The position numbers and the translations under genes were made by a program. Below are positions 1 through 6,894 of a stretch of 64,000 nt of DNA, piece after piece. The notes under the pieces are model-generated. The model was given only the letters and a program-made list of their open reading frames with translations, did no database searches and was not told the origin of the DNA. Position 1 is the stretch's first letter. The number at the start of each line of letters is the position of its first letter. Source of the stretch: an uncultured Pirellulaceae bacterium (GTDB lineage Bacteria; Planctomycetota; Planctomycetia; Pirellulales; Pirellulaceae); NCBI GenBank assembly GCA_964617665.1, contig CAZUAH010000008.1, forward strand, positions 1 through 64,000, read 5' to 3'.

Positions 1-1417
1 CGGAGTTTACCACGCGTACCTTGTAGTCCACCAGATGCATTTTCCACAGGCTCGGATAGGTACCGTTCAACGCCTTTCGCAACGCAGCGTCCAAGGCATT
101 GACCGGGCCGTCGCCCTCGGCCACCTCGTGGCGAATTTCATCTTTGACGCGTAGTTTGACCGTTCCTTCGGTTACGATATCGCGATCGCGTTCCGCACCC
201 ACTTCGACATGATACTTGATTCGCTCGAAATGAGGTGTGAAAGTGCCGGCACATCGCTTGACCAATAGATCGAACGACGCCTCGGCCGCTTCAAACTGGT
301 ATCCGCGATTTTCCAGATTGACCACCTCGTTCAGGATCTTGTCCATCAATTTGCGATCGTTTTGGACGTTGTGCTTGGTAGTCAGAGCCACGATGTTCGA
401 CCGCCCAGATAACTCGCTGACGAGGATCCGTCGTTCGTTGCCGACCGTGGCCGGATCAATATGCTCATACGTCTCGGCCGCACGGGCGACGGCATGTACG
501 TGCATCCCGCCCTTGTGGGCAAAGGCGCTGTGACCGACAAAAGGCTGACTGCCACGAAGAGTCAGATTCGCGGTCTCGTATACGTATCGTGACAATTCCG
601 TCAAGTGTTCGAGGCTGCGACCGGCCAAGACCTGATAACCCGTTTTCTTCAGTGCGAGGTTGCTGATCACGGATACCAAGTCGACATTTCCACAACGCTC
701 GCCAATGCCGTTGATCGTCCCCTGCACTTGTTGAGCACCGGCATCGACCGCAGCCAGCGTATTGGCCACGGCCAGTTCGCAATCGTTGTGGCAATGGACA
801 CCGACCGATGCGGACAGCGGCTCCAGGCACTCACGTGCCTGACGTGTGATCTCGGCGATTTCCTCGGGTAGAGTGCCGCCGTTCGTGTCGCACAAAATGA
901 CCACCGTGGCGCCGGCTCCGGCTGCTGCCTTGATGGTCTCGGCGGCGAATTCGGGATTGGCTTTCCACCCGTCAAAGAAGTGTTCAGCGTCGTAGAAGAC
1001 TTCGCGTCCGGCCTCCCGCAGAAAGCGAACACTATCGGAAATCATCGCCAAATTCTCCTCCGGCGATACTCGCAGTACTTCGTCCACGTGGAAATCCCAA
1101 GTCTTTCCCACGAGCGTACAGACAGGTGCTTCCGTCTCTAGTAGTGCCCGCATGCCGGGATCTTCGGACGCTGGAATGTCTTTGCGCCGAGTCATTCCGA
1201 ACGCGCAGATCTTTGTGTTCTGAAGGTTCAACTCGCGGACACGCTGGAAATACTCCGCGTCCTTCTCGTTGGACAACGGGTATCCCCCTTCGACGTAGTC
1301 GACACCAATCTCGTCCAGCCGCTGCGTGATCTGGAGCTTGTCGTGTAGCGAGAGAGAAACCCCTTCGCTTTGAGTCCCGTCGCGGAGCGTAGTGTCGTAG
1401 ATCTGGATCGAACGCAT
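1..1417 (-). CDS. cimA: Citramalate synthase / 2-isopropylmalate synthase family protein (LeuA_rel type), C-terminus truncated by window edge
   Basis: Reverse-strand translation from ATG at 1415-1417 gives MRSIQIYDTTLRDGTQSEGVSLSLHDKLQITQRLDEIGVDYVEGG. This is the HMGL-like N-terminus with the DGTQ variant typical of citramalate-synthase-type LeuA homologs. The ORF is open to position 1. Not in the ORF track because it lacks a stop within the window. Confidence 0.85.
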   Translation of the reverse strand, partial: MRSIQIYDTTLRDGTQSEGVSLSLHDKLQITQRLDEIGVDYVEGGYPLSNEKDAEYFQRVRELNLQNTKICAFGMTRRKDIPASEDPGMRALLETEAPVCTLVGKTWDFHVDEVLRVSPEENLAMISDSVRFLREAGREVFYDAEHFFDGWKANPEFAAETIKAAAGAGATVVILCDTNGGTLPEEIAEITRQARECLEPLSASVGVHCHNDCELAVANTLAAVDAGAQQVQGTINGIGERCGNVDLVSVISNLALKKTGYQVLAGRSLEHLTELSRYVYETANLTLRGSQPFVGHSAFAHKGGMHVHAVARAAETYEHIDPATVGNERRILVSELSGRSNIVALTTKHNVQNDRKLMDKILNEVVNLENRGYQFEAAEASFDLLVKRCAGTFTPHFERIKYHVEVGAERDRDIVTEGTVKLRVKDEIRHEVAEGDGPVNALDAALRKALNGTYPSLWKMHLVDYKVRVVNS

Positions 1418-1474
1418 GGTTCATCCCTCACATGGGTACGCCGAAGCCCTGAGATCCCGTCTGGACCAGGGCCA

Positions 1475-1512
1475 ACAAAAAACCCTGAGGTCCTTTTAGG
1501 GCCTCAGGGTTT
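1475..1512 (-). terminator. Rho-independent terminator-like hairpin (CCCTGAGG/CCTCAGGG stem) followed by a T6 run on the minus strand
   Basis: Inverted repeat aaaaaaCCCTGAGGtccttttagGGCCTCAGGGttt. On the minus strand the stem is followed by UUUUUUG. It sits downstream of a 27-codon minus-strand ORF (1555-1638). Confidence 0.45.
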
Positions 1513-1895
1513 CGATTGTCGTTTGCGTTGGCGAATGTCCCCTTAGGCCCCAAATTAGCCCACTCGAATAATCACGATGCCGACGCCAATTATACCGACG
1601 TTGGGTGGAGTCAAAATATTTTGGGGGCCGTTAGGCATTACATCAACCTCTTACACCACGAATACCTTATGAAAAATACGCTGGTCTATCCATCATGTCA
1701 AGCGGGTGTTTTACCCCTTCGTGAGGGATTGCTTGCTTCGCGGCCCCGCGGAATCCTCTGATGGCATCTCCACGAGATAGGCAGTCGCGTCACTCAAATG
1801 GCCAAACTTCCAGGCCGTGAATCGAATTCCGGATGCCCATGGTCAGATCGATCTCGCGGACCCGGGTCTGGTCGGCGATGCCGTAGACGGAAACC

Positions 1896-2120
1896 GTGGA
1901 GAAATTCGCCGCGGCCTCGACTCATTATCGTGACAATCCCGTTTGGCTCCACTTGCGAGCGATGAACATGGTCTACGAGGGTCTGCGGCAAAAGGGCTCG
2001 ATGATCATCGTCCCGTCGAGCGCGGTCGAGTCGATGGGCCTAGGGGCACTCGGCGGACTAACGTCGTTTGGCAAAGACATCCAAGACGAGCAAGCGGCGG
2101 AAGCAGAGACTGAGTCATGA
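1896..2120 (+). pseudogene. 3-prime fragment of an SPFH/band-7 gene; ~92% identical duplicate of 11075-11301
   Basis: The 74-aa ORF MEKFAAASTHYRDNPVWLHLRAMNMVYEGLRQKGSMIIVPSSAVESMGLGALGGLTSFGKDIQDEQAAEAETES matches the C-terminus of the intact SPFH protein at 10153-11301. DNA identity continues ~20 bp past the stop (to ~2140). The upstream reading frame is destroyed (stop at 1885-1887). Confidence 0.7.
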
Positions 2121-2211
2121 TCGTGGGCGGTTGTATTGTTCAGGCGATCGCTCGCTTACAATGGTCGGCCTCTCGGCCGTCGCGCCCGTCTGGGATCAGA
2201 GTCTGGGTTAA

Positions 2212-2757
2212 TCGATCCTCTTCTTCCGCGGCGTCACGGGCCACGACTATCGCGATCTGCTGCAGTTGCGGCTGGATGGCAGCGGCGACTACTTCGTCGT
2301 CATGTTTCCACGTTTCCGAAAAGAACCGGCTCCACAATTCACCACCTTGGGCGATGGCACAGTGCTCAAGATCACAGGCGACTTTGGCACCGACTACTAC
2401 TTCTTGCCGAGCGCGGATACCGAAACGACTATTGGCGAGATCTACTTCCGAGGCGAGGCTGGGTCTATACAGCATCGGGCCAACGCCACCGTCCTAGCGA
2501 CCGCCGCGGCCGGTGAAGTCTGCAATGGCCAATGGGGCATATCGGCGTCTCAGGCGGCGAGTTTGCGAGTTGAGACCGAACGCCTATGGGTTCACCTGCC
2601 CTCGCTCACAAGGATGGCGGAGACGTCACGTTACGAACCGCCGGCCAATGGAAGACCACGGCAGGCCAGGCGGGCGTCACCCTGACGCCGGTCGCCAGCG
2701 GCTACCGCGTCGTCCTGGCACCGGGAGTCGTGGAGGCCGCGCTGGATCAGATGTGAG
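2212..2757 (+). pseudogene. Frameshifted, start-less fragment of a hypothetical gene; paralogous (~75% nt) to 6457-6723
   Basis: Open frame from 2212 with no ATG. It encodes ...GDGTVLKITGDFGTDYYFLPSADTE...CNGQWGISASQAASLRVETERL, then switches frame around 2581-2613 (1-nt deletion relative to the 6457 copy) to continue KDGGDVTLRTAGQWKTTAGQAGVTLTPVASGYRVVLAPGVVEAALDQM*, ending 2757. Confidence 0.5.
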
Positions 2758-2791
2758 CCATCGTGGCCAATGCAATGTCGGATCCAACTTG

Positions 2792-2835
2792 GAGACGAGG
2801 GCTCTTCTCGTTTCGCGCTTACTGTGTTTCTTTTG
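2792..2835 (+). terminator. Hairpin (GAGACGAG/CTCGTTTC, one G-U pair) followed by a T-rich tract
   Basis: An 8-bp stem with 7-nt loop at 2792-2814 followed by gcgcttactgtgtttcttttgtg. It lies between the convergent 2212-2757 fragment and the stop of the 2819-5050 gene. Confidence 0.35.
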
Positions 2836-5050
2836 TGCCGGCACTGCCGTCGATGGGCATGCACTTATTTAGGAACTCGATTATCCTGTCGGTCCGTTGC
2901 CAGTCGAAATTGACCACGGCAGGGCCCACTTGATTTCCCATCAGGTAAACGAGCGCTTTGGGTTCGGGGCTCATGTCAACGATCACATCAGCTTTGATGC
3001 ACCCCGTGATTCTGCGAACCATGTCTTCGGAATACACTGGATCAACGAACACCGAGAGTAGTTCCGAGCAAACATCTTCTGCAGTTTGGAGAATACCCTT
3101 TCTGTGCCCCGAAACGATAGGCGGCGTCGGATTCTTGAACTTGATTTTCTCGTCCACTTGAGCTTTCTCGAACGCTGATGCCTTTACGTCCTCCAGTCGA
3201 GGCGAATGCGACAGTGGCTGGCTCATGCCGTGCCTATCAGCACTGATCCAAAGACGTGGGAAATACTTCGTCTCGATGAAATGCTTGAATTCTTGTGCAT
3301 AGACTTCATCAATTCGAAACGCACGGTGCTCCGGCCAGCCGGTTTTCATGATTTCCAGGGAGGGGAACTTCTCCAGGAGAGTCTCTACCGCCTCTTCCAT
3401 GAATCCCTCCGGGCCCTTCACAGTGGGCCAGTATTGAGGCTTTGGCGTCATATACTCAGCTTTGTCATACACTGTTTCGTACACAAGGCGAGCGAAACGT
3501 ATGTAATCACCCAGTGAGATCGAGCCAGCGACAATCGCGGCGACCGGGATTCCGAGGCTCTCGCCGGTCACACAGACAATTCTGAAACGCTCTTCGTTTT
3601 CGTCATCCAACCAATGGAGGAAATACCGATAGTACGCTACGCTGTGTATCAAGAGGGCTATCTTGAAGAAAAGGTAGTCGCTTTCCTTTTCCGTGCCTGG
3701 CATCTTGACATCGAAAATCCAGTTGCGAATCCTATCGTCATCCTGGCTCCGCAGGATTCCATTCGTCTTGTCGGTGAAGGGGCCCTCCGTTTCCGACCGA
3801 TCCTTCAAAGCACAGACTGCCTCATCATAGACCTCTTGAATCCGCTGAATGCCCACCTTCCACAGGCGGCCTCCCATCCGCTGAAACGTCTTGTAGTCAC
3901 CCATCCCGTTGAAGATGAGAGAGAGCCTAAGTTGGGCTTTCCGCGGAAGGGACGATGGCAAGTAGAATTCCGTTGTATCTACCGTTTTCCCGCGACTGTT
4001 TATGAAAGAAACGATACCCTTATGAACACTGGCGTAACCCCACGACTTCTCATCACCGCCTGAGAATACGATGAAATGGTTGTGGAGATTCTCGTATACC
4101 TTCGCGAAGAAGCTCCCTTTTCCGCATACTCCGTAGTCGAGATCGCCCTTCACTTCCTGCCTGTCGAAGTCATGGTCGTGGCCAGTCAGGAAAATCGCCT
4201 CCGGGCATCCGAGGGCTTTCAGGAACTTCTTGACATCCTCGACGGTGTATTTGTGCTTGCGCCCTCCTCCTGGAAAAAGACGATGCATCCCCAACACCAA
4301 CTGGGTCTGAGCGTTGACTTCCTCCAGACTGATATCCTCAAGACTCAGGTCCTTCTCTTTGAGAGACGCGACAACGCCATTGCCTTCCCGCGCAAGTCTC
4401 CTGAGTGTCTTTCCCCGTACGGGACCTCCATGAGCCACGACAAGTCCATCGGCGATCAGTAGAATTGGGCATCGCTCCATGAATTGAATGAAAAGCGACT
4501 GCCCTTCCTCACCTGCTTGTTTGCGCAGATACTTCTGAAACTCGGTGTGTTGGCAAACGTGTTCGGACTTGTCGTCGCCGGGTTTCGGCGGCCTGATGAG
4601 CGTCGGGATATCATGGTTCCCGACCACACAGAAGACTTGCGTCTTGAATCGCGCCTTCAGCTCGAAAAGAAGTCGCAGTGTGAGGTACGAACTCTGCATA
4701 TCCGTCATATGCCGATACTGCTCATCCTTGCTAAGTCTGTGAAATCCTTCCCGTCCGCCTTTCACGCCTTGCTGTGCTGGATGAAGAACATCTCCGCCTA
4801 AGATCAGACAAGCCTTTCCCTTCATCAGTTTTCTTGCTAGCCCGCGGCGTAATAGGAGCCGGAGGTACGCGAGCTTGGAGTGCAAGTCGTTAACCACGAC
4901 GAAGTCTACGTTCTTCGCGAGCGTACGGAGGTCCACGACACTTCCCTCTTGCCTCGCTCTCCGTTCCTTCTCTTCTTTCATTGGCTCACGATCTGCATCC
5001 AAAGATTTGAGCGCGTCCACACCCCATCGAATGAAATCCTTGTCCTGCAT
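2819..5050 (-). CDS. Fusion protein: N-terminal PPP/calcineurin-like metallophosphoesterase, central FabD-like acyltransferase (malonyl-CoA:ACP transacylase fold), ~180-aa C-terminal region of unknown function
   Basis: 743 aa. Metallophosphatase motifs appear in order: DLH, GGDVLHP, GNHD, VAHGGP, GHDHD. The acyltransferase motifs are FNGMGDY (oxyanion loop, cf. FPGQGSQ), VTGESLGIPVAAIVAGSISLGDYIRFARLV (GxSxG nucleophile elbow, cf. GHSLGEYSALVAAG) and a downstream His in WISADRHGM (cf. FabD VSVPSHCALM). There is an AAGGAGA Shine-Dalgarno upstream of the ATG. GC is lower (~52%) and codon usage atypical for this window. Confidence 0.85.
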   Translation of the reverse strand: MQDKDFIRWGVDALKSLDADREPMKEEKERRARQEGSVVDLRTLAKNVDFVVVNDLHSKLAYLRLLLRRGLARKLMKGKACLILGGDVLHPAQQGVKGGREGFHRLSKDEQYRHMTDMQSSYLTLRLLFELKARFKTQVFCVVGNHDIPTLIRPPKPGDDKSEHVCQHTEFQKYLRKQAGEEGQSLFIQFMERCPILLIADGLVVAHGGPVRGKTLRRLAREGNGVVASLKEKDLSLEDISLEEVNAQTQLVLGMHRLFPGGGRKHKYTVEDVKKFLKALGCPEAIFLTGHDHDFDRQEVKGDLDYGVCGKGSFFAKVYENLHNHFIVFSGGDEKSWGYASVHKGIVSFINSRGKTVDTTEFYLPSSLPRKAQLRLSLIFNGMGDYKTFQRMGGRLWKVGIQRIQEVYDEAVCALKDRSETEGPFTDKTNGILRSQDDDRIRNWIFDVKMPGTEKESDYLFFKIALLIHSVAYYRYFLHWLDDENEERFRIVCVTGESLGIPVAAIVAGSISLGDYIRFARLVYETVYDKAEYMTPKPQYWPTVKGPEGFMEEAVETLLEKFPSLEIMKTGWPEHRAFRIDEVYAQEFKHFIETKYFPRLWISADRHGMSQPLSHSPRLEDVKASAFEKAQVDEKIKFKNPTPPIVSGHRKGILQTAEDVCSELLSVFVDPVYSEDMVRRITGCIKADVIVDMSPEPKALVYLMGNQVGPAVVNFDWQRTDRIIEFLNKCMPIDGSAGTKETQ

Positions 5051-5226
5051 TTCAAGTGTCTCCTTCTCGCGTACAGTCGGAAGTAGATTGACATCTGAGA
5101 CAAGTGTACCCGAGATAGAACAATACGCAAGAATATGCCGATCAATGCATAATATCCCATCTGCAGAAGAAGACTATTCTTATTGTGTGTTCTGACGAAT
5201 ATTCGCCTGTCGCATGTGGTGAGATG

Positions 5227-5235
5227 TGGTACAAT
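5227..5235 (+). promoter_or_regulatory. Extended -10-like element TGGTACAAT upstream of the SorC-family regulator gene
   Basis: TGnTACAAT lies ~58 nt upstream of the GGAG-preceded ATG at 5293, in an AT-rich divergent intergenic region 5051-5292. TTGACA is also present at ~5087. Confidence 0.25.
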
Positions 5236-5292
5236 GACGTTGCCTTCACAGGAATGTTGATCGTGGAATCTGAGCAAGACGGAGTAGGGGCC

Positions 5293-6435
5293 ATGTCAGA
5301 AAGTGAGAAACCAGCAAAGCTAAACACAAGACAGCAGACTGCGCTAGCCGTTGCCTACCTTTCTTGTTGTGAGGGCTGGACCCAGCGGGAGATCCAGAGG
5401 CACCTAAACCTAAAAAACCAGACCGAGGTGTCCCGTTTGAGGCACTACGCGACCGAGCAGAAGTGGCTCCAAAGGAAGCTCGCTCCGCCACCAGGGTTTG
5501 ATGAGGACGACGTGGAGAGGCTCGCTTTCCCCACGTTGGAGGAGTTGCGAGTGCGTCTCAACCGCCTCGCTGAACCTGGACAACCCGGACTCAGTCGTCT
5601 CTATGTTGTCTACACTGGGCCCAGCGGTACCTCCGATGAGGAACGACTTGAGAGATTTGGGCATCTTGCGGCGGAGAAGATGCTCGGGCTGCTCAAGGGG
5701 GTGAAAACGTGCGCCGCAGCGTGGGGGCACACCGTCTCCGCCGTCATAGGGGGGCTGGAGGGGCTGCCTTCTACGTCCATCAAGGAGGATCCAGAGAAGG
5801 TGTTCTTTCCCGTCGCAGGAGAACCTCTGAACCACCGAGACACGTGCCTGTCCCCATCTATTGCCGCCAGCAGACTCGCCCGGTGCTTCGGATGCGACCA
5901 GAAAAACGCGTTATCACTTCTTGGTGTTGCTACACGCATTCCTGGTGATATGAGCAGCGATGCTGCGAAGGTTCGAAGGTTCTTCGCACATTGCCGCGAC
6001 TACGAACGCATCTTTGGCGAGGAACCGTTGATGGAACAGGCAAATATGATCCTCACCGGTGTGGGCGACACAGAACCTGGATCTCAGACAATGGACCCGT
6101 GGTTTCGTGAAACAATCGAAGCAGAGAACCTTGAGTGCGAAGAATTCAAAGGTATGGCCCTCGGGAACCTCGGTGGAGTGTGGTTCCCAAGGAATCCCGG
6201 CGATCGTGATCAGGTGAAGAAACTGGACGGAATCAACCGCAGGTGGTTAGGAGTCCAAGAATCGCATTTCCAAAAGTGCGCGAAGAAAAAGGGCGTCGTC
6301 GTTGTGGCCCGAGGCCAATGGAAGGCCCCAATCGTCGAACACGTCATTGGACTCGTGAGCCATCTTTTCGTCGATGAAAGGCTGGCCGAAGAACTCGCCC
6401 GACGTGCTGGTATCGCTCGATTGGGTGCACCGTAG
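5293..6435 (+). CDS. SorC/DeoR-family transcriptional regulator (HTH plus sugar-phosphate-binding domain)
   Basis: N-terminal HTH AVAYLSCCEGWTQREIQRHLNLKNQTEVSRLRHYATEQKWL matches the SorC pattern (yY.eGlTQ.eIa..LgvSR..VsRlL..a). The effector-domain motifs AAAWGHTVSAVIGGL, ILTGVGDTEPGS and VVVVARGQWKAPIVEHVIGLVSHLFVDERLAEEL resemble CggR/DeoR(Bsu). Start chosen at the GGAG-preceded ATG 5293; the ORF track extends to 5185. Confidence 0.8.
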   Translation: MSESEKPAKLNTRQQTALAVAYLSCCEGWTQREIQRHLNLKNQTEVSRLRHYATEQKWLQRKLAPPPGFDEDDVERLAFPTLEELRVRLNRLAEPGQPGLSRLYVVYTGPSGTSDEERLERFGHLAAEKMLGLLKGVKTCAAAWGHTVSAVIGGLEGLPSTSIKEDPEKVFFPVAGEPLNHRDTCLSPSIAASRLARCFGCDQKNALSLLGVATRIPGDMSSDAAKVRRFFAHCRDYERIFGEEPLMEQANMILTGVGDTEPGSQTMDPWFRETIEAENLECEEFKGMALGNLGGVWFPRNPGDRDQVKKLDGINRRWLGVQESHFQKCAKKKGVVVVARGQWKAPIVEHVIGLVSHLFVDERLAEELARRAGIARLGAP

Positions 6436-6456
6436 CAGAAACGTGCTCGCCTGATC

Positions 6457-6723
6457 ATGACGCCGACCAGCGCTGTGGCTGCAGTCTGCTGCGGCCCGTG
6501 GGGCATCCCGGCGCCGCAGGCCGCGAGCCTGCGGGTCGAAACCGACCGCTTGCTGATTCGCTTGGCCTGCGTCTGTAAGGATGGCGGTGAAGTTACATCA
6601 CGGACCGAAGGTCAATGGAAATCCGCCGCGGGCCAGCCGGGCGTCACACTGACAGAAGCCGACGACGGTTATCGGCTGCAACTCGCACCGGGAGTGGTAC
6701 AAGCTATGTTGAAGCGGACCTGA
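6457..6723 (+). CDS. Hypothetical 88-aa protein; C-terminal-fragment paralog of the 2212-2757 pseudogene
   Basis: MTPTSAVAAVCCGPWGIPAPQAASLRVETDRLLIRLACVCKDGGEVTSRTEGQWKSAAGQPGVTLTEADDGYRLQLAPGVVQAMLKRT. It is collinear with the last ~90 codons of the 2212-2757 copy. No Shine-Dalgarno; begins 22 nt after the regulator stop. Possibly a remnant rather than a functional gene. Confidence 0.35.
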   Translation: MTPTSAVAAVCCGPWGIPAPQAASLRVETDRLLIRLACVCKDGGEVTSRTEGQWKSAAGQPGVTLTEADDGYRLQLAPGVVQAMLKRT

Positions 6724-6894
6724 TTCCCCTGCGGTCTTGCCTCTTCAGATGTCCCTCGTTCCGACGGAATGATATAATCCGCTGAGCTGTCATTCGGATT
6801 CAGCCTGTCTTTCACAGCTTGAAGACTGAACGCCGTCGGACACTCCACGCCGGGCGCAGTACGATCGTCAATCTCATCTCGACGAGAGCAGACC

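Noticed and set aside
1441-1520. tRNA-like T-arm resemblance (gggtttcgattg) near the hairpin upstream of cimA
   Set aside because: No acceptor stem, D-arm or anticodon arm could be built. The element is better explained as a terminator hairpin.
2958-5195. Several plus-strand ORFs (e.g. 3614-4063, 4076-4462, 4484-4801, 4875-5195) inside the phosphatase-acyltransferase gene
   Set aside because: They are antisense to a 743-aa ORF with clear domain motifs and have low-complexity, non-protein-like composition: shadow ORFs.
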